DNA of 64,000 nt from Methanotrichaceae archaeon (GCA_963813075.1 CAWEXU010000031.1:202582-266581), one strand, 5' to 3'. Shown: positions 1-10,149, counted from the first letter of the stretch. Numbers and translations: made by a program. The notes: generated by a model not told the origin, from the letters alone.

Positions 1-1
1 C

Positions 2-388
2 GAGGGCAACCAAAGCCTCTGGAGCTGGGGAAAAGCACCCAAGGGCAGCCTGATCGTGGATGGAAATATAGTCGGCGATCCCAGGTATACTTTGAAGAAC
101 CTGAGCGTTATACGCGATTGGCTGGGCGATTCGTTTGTAGATCCATATAGTGATACCCCGGCATATTCTTATATCGACCCGACCACAGGGGAGAAGGTCA
201 AAACCTATGTAGATCCAATAACCGGGCAACACTACTATACATATACAGATGCCAGTACCGGAAAGCTGGTTTACGTCTACTTCAATCCGGAGACTGGCGA
301 GCCGATATACGCCAGCTTCACCCCCGTCTCCGGACAGTATATCGAAGAAGAGCAGTACACATTGCCACCAATCTTAAGATCAAATTGA
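2..388 (+). CDS. Hypothetical (probably secreted) protein, 5'-truncated by window edge; paralog of next gene
   Basis: Frame open from nt 2 (EGNQSLWSWGKAPKGSLIVDG); repeated YxDPxTG motifs; C-terminal YTLPPILR. Confidence 0.7.
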   Translation, partial: EGNQSLWSWGKAPKGSLIVDGNIVGDPRYTLKNLSVIRDWLGDSFVDPYSDTPAYSYIDPTTGEKVKTYVDPITGQHYYTYTDASTGKLVYVYFNPETGEPIYASFTPVSGQYIEEEQYTLPPILRSN

Positions 389-447
389 ACAATGATCTGC
401 GAAAGCCTTTTATTGTCCGGAATCAATCCCGGCTTGGTGGGTTCAGT

Positions 448-939
448 ATGAAGACTGCATTAGCAGTAATGGTCATAGCATTAGCTTGTCTTTTGCTATG
501 GGATTGCTCAGCTCAGAGCATGAGCAGCTATCAGGGTTTGAGCGGAGATTCCGGCAGAGCTATACTGGCAAGCCTGAAGGCCAATGACACCCAATCTAAC
601 GAAAGGGACAATAATACAAATACCAGCGAGAATGACACCCTGTGGAGCTGGGGAAGCAAACCCAAGGGAAGCGTTATTGTCGATGGACAGCTACTGACAG
701 ATCCGTTTAACAGCTGGAAGGATTTCAATGTGACAGAGAGCGGGATAGCTCCGATTGGAGTCGACCCATTCATGGGTTATCCGATCTATGCCTACGAGAT
801 CCCAGGCACAGGGGAGACAAAGTACTTCTACCTGGATCCTTTAACCCGTGAGCCATTCTATCTGGACGGATATGCAGGGGTTGTTGCCCCAGTTGCAGTG
901 GAAAGCAGCAGCTACGTATTGCCACCGGTGTTAAGATAG
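448..939 (+). CDS. Secreted hypothetical protein, paralog of upstream gene
   Basis: Signal peptide MKTALAVMVIALACLLLW; LWSWGSKPKGSVIVDG and YVLPPVLR shared with 2..388. Confidence 0.75.
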   Translation: MKTALAVMVIALACLLLWDCSAQSMSSYQGLSGDSGRAILASLKANDTQSNERDNNTNTSENDTLWSWGSKPKGSVIVDGQLLTDPFNSWKDFNVTESGIAPIGVDPFMGYPIYAYEIPGTGETKYFYLDPLTREPFYLDGYAGVVAPVAVESSSYVLPPVLR

Positions 940-1016
940 GTGCTTTTCAGATTGGATATTATTGGCAGGCAAAGGCTGCCATTAATGAGTGTAATCAAAT
1001 AGAGGAGTGATTAAAT

Positions 1017-1496
1017 ATGAAGAATAAAATGATGTATATTGCAGTATTTCTGTGTCTGGCAGGCCTCGCAGTGGCCGCAGAATATAACGATTGGCAAAAT
1101 GGAGCCATTGATGGCTTCAAAAAGGGCTTTGAGATGGGTCAGGCATACCAGCTGGCTCTGGATGGAAAGGATATCTCCGGCTTCAATGCCAAGGTTGACG
1201 AATACAACACCTGGGTGAGAGCTAACTTCGGAGAAGACCCGCAGATGCTGATGCAGAAGATGACCGCTCCAATTGACCTGAGCAAACCAGTTATTGTTAC
1301 CAACAACACCACCGCCTCAAAGGGCATAGTCCATGAGATAGATGGAGCAACTGGCGAGAAGGCAATTAAAACCAATGACATGAACCTGCTCTCTGATGCG
1401 GATATCGCTAAATTGAACGAGCAATCCGAAAGTGGAAGGGACGCCGGCGATTATCTGGGTGGAAGGGCCGTCGGTGAATATCTGGGCGGGATCTGA
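1017..1496 (+). CDS. Secreted hypothetical protein
   Basis: RBS gaggagtga, N-terminal signal peptide, 159 aa ORF. Confidence 0.7.
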   Translation: MKNKMMYIAVFLCLAGLAVAAEYNDWQNGAIDGFKKGFEMGQAYQLALDGKDISGFNAKVDEYNTWVRANFGEDPQMLMQKMTAPIDLSKPVIVTNNTTASKGIVHEIDGATGEKAIKTNDMNLLSDADIAKLNEQSESGRDAGDYLGGRAVGEYLGGI

Positions 1497-1623
1497 AGCT
1501 TCCGCCATTATACCTTTTTCTATTCTCTTTTGCAGCCACTCGCTAAGAAAGGCCCCAAGCGATACGGATATATTTTTTAATGCGTAGTACTTAATGAACA
1601 TAAATTGAAATATCTGGTAGCTG

Positions 1624-2229
1624 ATGAATATGGATAAAAACATTAAAAACGTTTTTCTGGATTTGAAGGCAGTTCATGATGATCTGCAGATGATCTCTAC
1701 GGATATCATAGTGATAGCTGATTGGGTGCCATTGAAGTGCAGATACGGCTGCAGCAACTATGGAAAACACCTGAGCTGCCCGCCCTTTTCCCCAACCCCC
1801 GAGGAAATGAGGAGGGTCCTATCTGAATACAGGCATGCAGCACTTGCCCGCTTTGAGGCCAGGCCGGATCAGAAGCTCTCTGTGAAAGCGGCCAGACAGG
1901 CCCTTGGCAATACCATAACCAAGATTCAAAAGACCATATTCGATCTGGAGAGATCAGCATTCCTCGGTGGTTGCTACAAGGCCTTTGGGCTGAATGCTAT
2001 GCCCTGCGCTCTTTGTGATAGCTGCATCATTGAGGAGATGCAGAAGAAAGATCTGCCGATTTACGACCTTGACCGGGTACGGTGCAAAAATAAGGAGATC
2101 ATGCGCCCCTCAATGGAGGCCTGCGGTATTGATGTCTTCAAGACTCTGCAGAATGCCGGCCATGATCCCAGGGTGCTCAGAGGAAGCACTGAAAAGATAG
2201 AGCTGTTCGGCCTGATACTGCTGGATTAG
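1624..2229 (+). CDS. DUF2284 family Cys-rich metal-binding protein
   Basis: CRYGCSNYGKHLSCPP, CALC..C, RPSMEACGIDVFKT motifs. Confidence 0.85.
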   Translation: MNMDKNIKNVFLDLKAVHDDLQMISTDIIVIADWVPLKCRYGCSNYGKHLSCPPFSPTPEEMRRVLSEYRHAALARFEARPDQKLSVKAARQALGNTITKIQKTIFDLERSAFLGGCYKAFGLNAMPCALCDSCIIEEMQKKDLPIYDLDRVRCKNKEIMRPSMEACGIDVFKTLQNAGHDPRVLRGSTEKIELFGLILLD

Positions 2230-2296
2230 GAGAATGGATTAGGAGAATGGATTAGGAGAATGGATTAGGAGAATGGATTAGGAGAATGGATTAGGA
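2222..2296. repeat. 13-bp tandem repeat (TGGATTAGGAGAA) x5 plus partial
   Basis: Directly visible; begins at the DUF2284 3' end; no spacers. Confidence 0.95.
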
Positions 2297-2364
2297 AGAT
2301 GGCATCTTGAGACGGGATTAAAAGACTGCAATCCTCATATACTTGCAGCTCTAACAGCAGGCAG

Positions 2365-2637
2365 ATGCAATGGGAACTGGTTGGCTGGTGTGCGGCTCTG
2401 TTGACGATGTTCGGATTCGTCCCCCAGATCCTCAAAATCTATCGCACTGAATCGGTCTCAGATGTCAGCCTGGTCATGCTGCTGCAGTTCTCGCTGGGCA
2501 TGTTTCTCTGGCTGCTCTATGGCCTTTATATCCAGGACCGCATACTGATCGTCTCCAATACCATCTCCTTTCTCACATTGACCGTGGCCACCGGGATGTA
2601 TATGAAGTACAGGAAAAATGGCGCCAGCCCTCTGTAG
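2365..2637 (+). CDS. SemiSWEET / PQ-loop transporter
   Basis: 90 aa, 3 TM helices, FVPQILK motif, DVSL. Confidence 0.85.
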   Translation: MQWELVGWCAALLTMFGFVPQILKIYRTESVSDVSLVMLLQFSLGMFLWLLYGLYIQDRILIVSNTISFLTLTVATGMYMKYRKNGASPL

Positions 2638-2693
2638 TACCCACAGGATACAGGCAGGTTGACTGATATTACCCACCGATCACTATTGTCCTG

Positions 2694-2996
2694 TCAGTCT
2701 TTATCCAGCTCAATTATCTTATTTTTGATCCTCTCTTGCAGCCTTTCCAGAGATGCTTTCGTGCTCAGGCGATTGTCGCAGGGAGATGTATCCTTGGGGT
2801 TGCAGCCAGCCATTAGATCCATTACTCTGTCAGCCAGATCAAAGGCCTCCAGCTCCTCCAGATGCTGCAATAAATTACTGGTGCTGGAGTTGAAATCACG
2901 GCATTTTCCCGTCTGTGAGATAGCAGCCTCATGCAACTTATAGAGCAGAGAGAGCTCCTTTTGGATCTGCAACCAGTCATCCCTGTTCATCGCCAT
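2694..2996 (-). CDS. Hypothetical protein
   Basis: 100 aa ORF with ATG, helical/charged composition. Confidence 0.55.
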   Translation of the reverse strand: MAMNRDDWLQIQKELSLLYKLHEAAISQTGKCRDFNSSTSNLLQHLEELEAFDLADRVMDLMAGCNPKDTSPCDNRLSTKASLERLQERIKNKIIELDKD

Positions 2997-3257
2997 CTGG
3001 GAAAGCTATCCATCATTCAGAAATATTAAGGCGATGCTCTCAGAACAGAGGTTATGGGCTAATGGCCTGGATCCAGGATATGACCAGAGCCTGGCGTCAC
3101 AGTAAGCGATTTCATTGATCTGGTAGGGTGGCCCTTACTGGCCAATCAACTTCGCCTCTGAGATTGCTCTTACATAATAGATACAAAATTTTCACACATA
3201 ATATGCGAATCCGATATCTTCTTATAACTAAAGGATAATTGACCCAAAGGTGGTTCT

Positions 3258-3977
3258 ATGCACATTCCTGATGGCTATCTGGGGCCTTATACATACGGTG
3301 CATTATGGATAATAATGATCCCCATATGGATCTACGCCGGAAGGCGGCTGAGCAATGAGCTAAGATCAAGGCAGGTTCCCCTGCTTGCTCTCTCCGCTGC
3401 TTTTTCCTTTGTGATCATGATGTTCAATGTTCCCATACCCGGTGGCAGCACCGGACACGCAGTGGGTGCAGCGATAATAGGAATAGTCCTTGGACCCTGG
3501 GCAGCGGTAATATCAGTGACGGTGGCCCTGGTTTTGCAGGCTTTGATATTCGGAGATGGGGGAATCACCGCCATTGCAGCCAACTGCTTCAACATGGCGG
3601 TAGTGATGCCCTTTGCCGCTTATTATATCTACCGGATAGTGAGCGGAAACACTGATATCACATCCTCAAGGAGGGTCATTGCCGCAGCAATAGCGGGATA
3701 TGTTTCCCTCACCCTGGCGGCAGCTCTGACAGGCATAATGTTTGGAATTCAGCCCCTCCTCCATCAAACGGCAGAAGGAGTTCCCATTTACATGCCTTAT
3801 TCCCTGAATTTCACCCTGCCTGCTATGCTGATCGAGCATGCTCTCGGATTTTCCATTCTTGAGGCTCTGGTCACGGGATTAATATTTGCTTATATTCAAA
3901 AGACCGATGCCACCCTGCTTTATGGAGAGGTGTCAGCCAGAGAGAGAATAAAAATGGGAAGAGCAGGAACCGTATGA
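3258..3977 (+). CDS. cbiM: ECF Co/Ni transporter S component CbiM/NikM
   Basis: N-terminal MHIPDG, GGSTGH, QALIFGDGG. Confidence 0.95.
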   Translation: MHIPDGYLGPYTYGALWIIMIPIWIYAGRRLSNELRSRQVPLLALSAAFSFVIMMFNVPIPGGSTGHAVGAAIIGIVLGPWAAVISVTVALVLQALIFGDGGITAIAANCFNMAVVMPFAAYYIYRIVSGNTDITSSRRVIAAAIAGYVSLTLAAALTGIMFGIQPLLHQTAEGVPIYMPYSLNFTLPAMLIEHALGFSILEALVTGLIFAYIQKTDATLLYGEVSARERIKMGRAGTV

Positions 3978-4030
3978 GAAGGGAGCTTGGACATCATAAG
4001 GAAAAAGCAGGATCAGAGTGAGGAAAGAGC

Positions 4031-4345
4031 ATGGACAAGACTACAAGAAATCTGGCAATCGGCCTGATAGCGCTCATCATTCTCGCGCCGCTCGGCCTAC
4101 TGGCAGTGGGTGAGACCTTTGGCGAATGGAGTAATGAGGAGCTGGAGGAGAAGATAGGCTTTGTTCCACCGGGCCTTGAAGAGCTCTCCTCAATCTGGAG
4201 CGCGCCAATGCCAGACTATGCCCTGCCCGGTATTGGAGACTCAATGACAGCAGCGTCTATTGCCTACATTCTCTCCGCGATAGTCGGAGTTATCATTGGA
4301 GGCGGCCTGCTGTACCTTCTGGGAAAGAGGATCGCAAAGGATTAG
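4031..4345 (+). CDS. ECF Ni/Co transporter accessory subunit (NikN/PDGLE-like)
   Basis: Two TM helices, GEW..EEL and APMPDY motifs, operon position. Confidence 0.85.
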   Translation: MDKTTRNLAIGLIALIILAPLGLLAVGETFGEWSNEELEEKIGFVPPGLEELSSIWSAPMPDYALPGIGDSMTAASIAYILSAIVGVIIGGGLLYLLGKRIAKD

Positions 4346-4349
4346 TGAT

Positions 4350-5288
4350 ATGATACCGGAGTGGATGAGAGAGGTAGATACTGGCCCCCACCAGTTTCCA
4401 GAAACAGCCCAGGGCAAAAAGGGGTTTGTGGGAAAGACGATAGACGGGATATTCAGTTTCATGGAGGAGGCATTCGTCTCTGAGGCCAGCTCCCGCCTGC
4501 CCGGCGTCCTGCAGAGCCTGGACCCAAGGGCGAAGTTGATCTCGATTCTGGTCATAGTATTCGCAACCAGCCTGATTGGAGATCTTAGGGTCCTGGTATT
4601 CATCTATCTCCTCACCCTGGTCTTCGCATATCTGAGCAAAATAGATGTAGTCTTTTTCATCAAGAGGGTGTGGCTGTTCATACCCGTTTTCGCCGGGATA
4701 ATTGCTCTACCCATGATCTTCAATATCTTCATTCCTGGAGATCCTCTCATTCACCTGGCATACCTTGGGCCGGGAGCTCACCTGGGGCCGTTCTCCCTTC
4801 CTGATGCGATCTATATAACCCGCCAGGGAACTATTGCCGCGGTGATATTCACCATGAGGGTGGCAGCATGCGTCTCGGCAGTGGTATTGCTATTCGTCAC
4901 CACCCCCAAGCAGGTCCTGTTCAAGTCCTTAAGATCGGTGGGCGTGCCAAAGCTGTATGTCCTCACCCTGGAGATGGCCTATCGCTACATCTTTCTCCTG
5001 ATGGAGCTGGTGCGAGAGATGTACATCGCCAAAAAGGCGAGGACCATCCGGGCCGGGGGCCTTTTTGACGAGCAGAAGTGGGTGGGGGGGAGGATGGGAT
5101 ATACCCTGATCCGGTCACTGGACATGAGCGAGAAGGTCCATATGGCCATGACCTCCCGCGGTTTTAACGGCGAGGTTCATATCATGCAGGAGTTCAAATT
5201 CAGGAGTCGGGACTATCTCGCCGGGGCAACAGCTATATCTCTTAGCATTCTGCTCCTTTTAGTCTCTCAGAATATCATCCGGATATAG
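4350..5288 (+). CDS. cbiQ: ECF transporter T component CbiQ/NikQ
   Basis: LDPRAKL, YRYIFLL, AMTSRGF. Confidence 0.9.
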   Translation: MIPEWMREVDTGPHQFPETAQGKKGFVGKTIDGIFSFMEEAFVSEASSRLPGVLQSLDPRAKLISILVIVFATSLIGDLRVLVFIYLLTLVFAYLSKIDVVFFIKRVWLFIPVFAGIIALPMIFNIFIPGDPLIHLAYLGPGAHLGPFSLPDAIYITRQGTIAAVIFTMRVAACVSAVVLLFVTTPKQVLFKSLRSVGVPKLYVLTLEMAYRYIFLLMELVREMYIAKKARTIRAGGLFDEQKWVGGRMGYTLIRSLDMSEKVHMAMTSRGFNGEVHIMQEFKFRSRDYLAGATAISLSILLLLVSQNIIRI

Positions 5289-5292
5289 GAGC

Positions 5293-6138
5293 ATGGAAGA
5301 GAAGATGGATACCATATTCGACCTCAGGAATGTATCTTACTCCTACCTGGGAAAGATCGAAGCCCTGAGAGATATCACGATCAATATCAATAGGGGAGAG
5401 CAGGTCACAATCATAGGCTCAAACGGCAGCGGCAAGTCGACGCTTCTTGCCGTCTTGAACGGCCTGGTGTACCCCTCATCCGGCGACTTTTTTGCCTTCG
5501 GCCATCCGGTAACCGAGGAGGTCTTTGACTCCATAAAGGAGAATGAGTTCAGGAGCTACTTCCGGACGAAGGTTGGTTTTGTCTTCCAGAACTCCGACAT
5601 CCAGCTCTTCTCCTCTACGGTCTTCGAGGAGATTGCCTTCGGCCCGTTGCAGCTTAATTTACCCATAGAGGAGGTCAAAGCCAGGGTTGAGGATATCATG
5701 GAGATGATGCAGATCGCAAAGCTCCGGGACAGAGCCCCTCATACCCTGAGCGGAGGGGAGAAGAAGAAGGTCTGCATTGCCACCGTCCTGGTGAACAATC
5801 CCGATGTGCTGCTATTGGACGAGCCATCCGCGGGCCTTGACCCCAGGACCCAGCTCTGGCTGGTGGAGCTGCTTCATGAGCTATCTCATGCCGGAAAGAC
5901 CATTATCACTGCTACTCACGACCTGGAGATCATGGAATTGATCAGCAAGAGGTCCATTGTGATGGGCGAGGACCACAGGGTCAAGCTGGATGACACTCCA
6001 AAGAAAGTTCTATCCAATTTCGAGCTTCTCATGGAATCCAATCTGGTGCATGAGCACATGCATATCCACGGCAAGCTGGTGCACGAGCACCTGCACGATC
6101 ATGAGACGGGGCATACGCATGTTCATCTTAAGAGCTAA
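5293..6138 (+). CDS. cbiO: ECF transporter ATPase CbiO/NikO with His-rich tail
   Basis: GSNGSGKST, LSGGEKK, LLLDEP; HEHMHIH...HEHLHDH tail. Confidence 0.92.
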   Translation: MEEKMDTIFDLRNVSYSYLGKIEALRDITININRGEQVTIIGSNGSGKSTLLAVLNGLVYPSSGDFFAFGHPVTEEVFDSIKENEFRSYFRTKVGFVFQNSDIQLFSSTVFEEIAFGPLQLNLPIEEVKARVEDIMEMMQIAKLRDRAPHTLSGGEKKKVCIATVLVNNPDVLLLDEPSAGLDPRTQLWLVELLHELSHAGKTIITATHDLEIMELISKRSIVMGEDHRVKLDDTPKKVLSNFELLMESNLVHEHMHIHGKLVHEHLHDHETGHTHVHLKS

Positions 6139-6216
6139 ATGCACTTTTATAAAAATTATTTCAATCCCAAAGCCTAGCGATCAAGATTTAAATAGGAAGA
6201 GATAAGGAGTATATTC

Positions 6217-6390
6217 ATGTGCGAGGTTTTGGAGCGGAAAGACCAGAAGCATGCACTTGACTACAACCGGGAGGAGCCCGAGGACATAACCAAATCGCTC
6301 ATGATCCTCTCAGAGAGATCTCTGCATGATTTCTTAGCGAGCGAACCTGATATCTATACAGTTGATGATTTAAAAGTCCGATATAGATGA
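6217..6390 (+). CDS. Small putative antitoxin (57 aa)
   Basis: MCEVLERKD...SERSLHDFLASEPDIYTVDDLKVRYR; ATGA overlap with toxin start. Confidence 0.6.
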   Translation: MCEVLERKDQKHALDYNREEPEDITKSLMILSERSLHDFLASEPDIYTVDDLKVRYR

Positions 6391-6637
6391 AAGGAGATAT
6401 AGTACTCGTTCCTTTTCCAAATTCCGACCTGACTCCAGGAAAGCTGCGGCCAGCTTTGGTCCTCTACGAAGATGATATCGAGAATGAGACCACGATTGCC
6501 TAAACTCAGTCATAAAGCTGAATAAAATAGCCACCATAAAAGACTATTATATTTCAGGCCTGCTCGGGTCTGCAAACGAAGCCCTGCAGGCCGAAGTAGA
6601 TAAGGCCATTGACGCCTGCATGAAATTCAGGCGATAA
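6387..6637 (+). pseudogene. PemK/MazF toxin with internal deletion
   Basis: MKGDIVLVPFPNSDLTPGKLRPALVL, stop at 6503, then SVIKLNKIATI...KFRR* in another frame. Confidence 0.75.
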
Positions 6638-6701
6638 ACATAGAGCAATTGCGCAACAAAAAATAAGCAAGAATAAGCAGGCAGGGATACTGTCTCAAAT
6701 G

Positions 6702-7130
6702 CTATGAAAAACGAGTTTTGGTAGCGTGCCATAATTGCTGTAAATCAAGAGCTTCGCTGGCCATGCGAAGAATTTTGTGCTTTCTGAGACCAGAGGTGCC
6801 TTCTTTGGTTAGGATATCCATATCGTTTCGATCATGAACCGTTAGATGGACTGGGACAGATTTTATCTGCGAGAGTCTTTTTCCAGGAGGCTCGGAGGCG
6901 GATGCTGCATGGAAAGTGATCTGACCTTCATGAAGCTTCTCACCGAAAGTCTCATTGAGAAAATCCCAGATCAGATTCACCAGAGATCGACATGTAGCCC
7001 TCGGAAAATCATAGTCGGTTTCAAGTGTTTGGAACAACCTTTGTTGAGCGCTTCTGACCCAGGGGCCTTTGTAAACCAGATCTGTCTCATCTACTTGCAC
7101 CATCTGTCCCACCAATGCTTGAATTTGTAG
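6702..7130 (-). pseudogene. DUF1670-like protein fragment
   Basis: GQITFHAASASEPPGKRLSQIKSVPVHLTV...LRKHKILRMASEALD resembles DUF1670; truncated. Confidence 0.45.
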
Positions 7131-7294
7131 GCAAAGATACTTTAATGTAGGGGACATTTGGACGAATAGTAAATACCGAGTGCATACTATGTGGCTGCTG
7201 CGTTGATGCCTGTCCGAGCCAGGCAATTAGTTTTTCATTTTAAAGCAGGATGATAAGCCCTGGAACATCCAAAAATTATAATTAAAAACAATTG

Positions 7295-7480
7295 CTACCT
7301 TATACGAAGAATGGAGATGAGAATCGTATTGGTGATCATGCAAATTAGCCCTGCAGTTAGGCCTACGCCAATTGGTGAATGGCCAAAGAAAAAAAAGTAT
7401 TTTGAAAGAATCAAACCAGCGGCCATGGCTGCTACAAACACAAAGGCCTTTCGAAATGTCATATTGTCCATATCATGCAA
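7295..7480 (-). CDS. Small two-TM membrane protein
   Basis: 61 aa hydrophobic ORF downstream of NosD-like gene. Confidence 0.5.
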   Translation of the reverse strand: MHDMDNMTFRKAFVFVAAMAAGLILSKYFFFFGHSPIGVGLTAGLICMITNTILISILRIR

Positions 7481-7503
7481 AATGCATCATCCCATTTAAG
7501 CTT

Positions 7504-8562
7504 TTATCTTCCATTGACAAAAATAAGAGGATATTCATCCTGTCCACCATCAAATGTATATGGTTCATCTCCAATGCCATCGCCGTTCAGGTCCTTTCCT
7601 TTATAGTCAGACCAGTAATTGCCGACATAGCCTTTTATGGTTTTATTGCCTTCTTTAAATGTTATTGATTCTGCAGAGCGCCATAGATTGAAAGACCCCT
7701 GAGTGCGGGCATCCTTGGATTGCGCATTTTTGCTGTTTTTGAACTTGTTAAGGTAGATGGTGTTATTGCTGGAATCCTGCAGGTATATGCCGATATCGCC
7801 GCTCTCCTCAACGGTATTGCCCTTGATTGTGCTGCCATTGCTGAACTTCAGAAGACCGATTCCCTGAGTGCTAACCTTTTGAACTGTATTGTCCACTATG
7901 TCATTTCCTACGGCGGAGAGAAGTCCAATGCCGTTTGTGCTGCCCTTAACTCGATTTCCCTCCACTAAATTGCCGCTAGATGTATCCAGAAATATGCCAA
8001 TAAATCCATTCTCTATAGCATTGTCTCTGATGGTATTGTTATAGCATTGAATTAATTGTATGCCATCTCCTCCACCCTGTGAGAATGATCCACTCAAGAG
8101 GCCGGATAAGCCGTCACATGCCACCAGAATACTATTATTTTGGATCAGATTGCCATGAGCCTTATTTAGAATGATGCCTGCCATACATCCTTGCACATCA
8201 TTATTAGATACAACGCTGAAATTTGAATTAACAGATATTGCAAACAAGTCGCCACTGCGGATCTTGAACCCGCTTAATTCAGAGCGATCTGCAAGCAAAC
8301 TGGCCATTTCAATCGATGGCAGCCCTTTTCCAGTGTCCAGGCCGGTGATCACGAGGGGTTTATTGATCTCTATGTATTCTTCGTAGTCTCCGCTTTCAAC
8401 CTCAATAATGTCGCCGGAGCTTGCTTGATCGATTGCTTCTTGAATGCTCTCACCTTCTTCTACGGTGATTTTCGCATTCAGTGCATTTACTGGAATTATA
8501 AGGCAGATAAAGCAAACAAAAATTATAATAAGTAATAATTTCATCAAGGAGCAGTTGGGCAT
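7504..8562 (-). CDS. Secreted NosD/CASH beta-helix (pectin-lyase fold) protein
   Basis: Signal peptide, SIQEAID, GIxL..S.N repeats, GNYWSDY..D.NGDGIGD.PY. Confidence 0.85.
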   Translation of the reverse strand: MPNCSLMKLLLIIIFVCFICLIIPVNALNAKITVEEGESIQEAIDQASSGDIIEVESGDYEEYIEINKPLVITGLDTGKGLPSIEMASLLADRSELSGFKIRSGDLFAISVNSNFSVVSNNDVQGCMAGIILNKAHGNLIQNNSILVACDGLSGLLSGSFSQGGGDGIQLIQCYNNTIRDNAIENGFIGIFLDTSSGNLVEGNRVKGSTNGIGLLSAVGNDIVDNTVQKVSTQGIGLLKFSNGSTIKGNTVEESGDIGIYLQDSSNNTIYLNKFKNSKNAQSKDARTQGSFNLWRSAESITFKEGNKTIKGYVGNYWSDYKGKDLNGDGIGDEPYTFDGGQDEYPLIFVNGR

Positions 8563-8651
8563 AATCTCACCAATAAGCTACTCTATAATTAAAAGTATAA
8601 AAGTGTTGGCTAATTTTTTTAGGTGAGGATAAAATCAAAGAAAAAAGAAAA

Positions 8652-10148
8652 TTACTGAGGCAGCAGTACTGTTGCTGCCTGCAGTGCCCAGTTGATGAAC
8701 TGATCCGGGAAGACACCGATATAGAAGACTGCGAGCATGGTCAAGACCAGTGCCGCCATATATCCCTTCGACTCGGCGATCTTCGGCCCGGCGGGCTCCT
8801 TCAGATACATGTAGCTGATGATCCTCAGGTAGTACACCAGGGACAGAGCGCTGTTCAGGATGGCGAGAACTGCCAGCCAGATCAGGCCGGAGTATATGGC
8901 CGAGCTGAAGAGCACGAACTTGCCGATATATCCTGCCGTGGGCGGAATCCCCGCCAGGGCGAACATGAAGACCAGCATGCAAAACGCTGTTACCGGCGCT
9001 CTGCTTGCCAGGCCCGCATAGTTGGATATATCATCCGGGTCCTCTGCATCGCTTTTTGAGACCATCGAGGCCACCTGAGCTGAGCCGATGAAAGCTCCGG
9101 TCTTCATCAGAGCATGACCGAGGATTAAGAGCAGTGCTCCTGCGATTCCCAGCTGGTCAGCGGGGATCATTCCCAGGTTCAAGACATTGACCGGGGCATC
9201 ACCGTAGGCAGCACCGACCACCACAAATGCGATGGCGATGTATCCCGCCTGAGCGATTGAGGAGTATGCCAGTATACGCCGGACGTTGTTCTGCCAGCAG
9301 GCGGCCAGGTTTCCAAGAGTCATGGTTACGGCTGCCAGTATGGCGAAAGCCAGATACCACTCCATCCTCATGGCCACCATGGCGATCAGGAGAACCCTGA
9401 AAGCAGCGGCAAATCCCATCTTCTTGGAGCCGGCAGCAAGCAGTGCCGAGACCAGGGGCGGTGCTCCCTCGTAGGTATCAGGAGCCCACATATGGAATGG
9501 CACCAGCGCCATCTTGAAGGCAAACCCGGCAATGACGAATAGCAGGGCCACCAACGTCGCTGCACCGAAGGATTCTATAGATGCTGCAGCCACGTCCGCC
9601 AGCTTGGTCGATCCGGTCATGCCATAGAGCAATGAGAAGCCGAAGAGCATGAACGCCGAGGAGACAGAGCCATAGATGAAATACTTCATGGCCGCCTCCA
9701 GGTTCTTCTTCGTCTTGTCAAACGCCGCCATGGCGTAGGTGGACAGGCTTGCCAGCTCGAAGCCCACAAACAGAGTCACCAGATCTACGGAGCTTGAGAC
9801 TATCATCATGCCCACAGTGGCAAAGAGCAGCAGAGCGAAAAACTCGTCTGAGCCCTTTCCGGTGTACTTGGATAGCGATGCTATCACTACCAGCAAGGAC
9901 ACTATCAGGAAGACCGCCTTGAAGAACTGGGACAGGGCGTCTACCGATATGGTATCAAAGAAGAACAGGGTGGGGGCAATAAAGAGATTGCTTGCCACCA
10001 GCCCCAGGGCTGCAACCAGCCCGGCCAGGCTCAGATAGCCCGGGAGCTTTCCACTGTTCTTCATCAGGGACCCCAGCAGCAGAATGAGCACCGCCAGTGC
10101 CGTCAATAACGCCTCTCCCCAGAGGGGTGCGTAGTGAGAAAAGTCCAC
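8652..10148 (-). CDS. fpoN: Fpo complex subunit N
   Basis: NuoN motifs EAAMKYF, PFHMWAPDTYEGAP. Confidence 0.95.
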   Translation of the reverse strand: MDFSHYAPLWGEALLTALAVLILLLGSLMKNSGKLPGYLSLAGLVAALGLVASNLFIAPTLFFFDTISVDALSQFFKAVFLIVSLLVVIASLSKYTGKGSDEFFALLLFATVGMMIVSSSVDLVTLFVGFELASLSTYAMAAFDKTKKNLEAAMKYFIYGSVSSAFMLFGFSLLYGMTGSTKLADVAAASIESFGAATLVALLFVIAGFAFKMALVPFHMWAPDTYEGAPPLVSALLAAGSKKMGFAAAFRVLLIAMVAMRMEWYLAFAILAAVTMTLGNLAACWQNNVRRILAYSSIAQAGYIAIAFVVVGAAYGDAPVNVLNLGMIPADQLGIAGALLLILGHALMKTGAFIGSAQVASMVSKSDAEDPDDISNYAGLASRAPVTAFCMLVFMFALAGIPPTAGYIGKFVLFSSAIYSGLIWLAVLAILNSALSLVYYLRIISYMYLKEPAGPKIAESKGYMAALVLTMLAVFYIGVFPDQFINWALQAATVLLPQ

Positions 10149-10149
10149 T

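Noticed and set aside
2222..2296. CRISPR array
   Set aside because: 13-bp units are contiguous with no spacers, and there are no cas genes in the window
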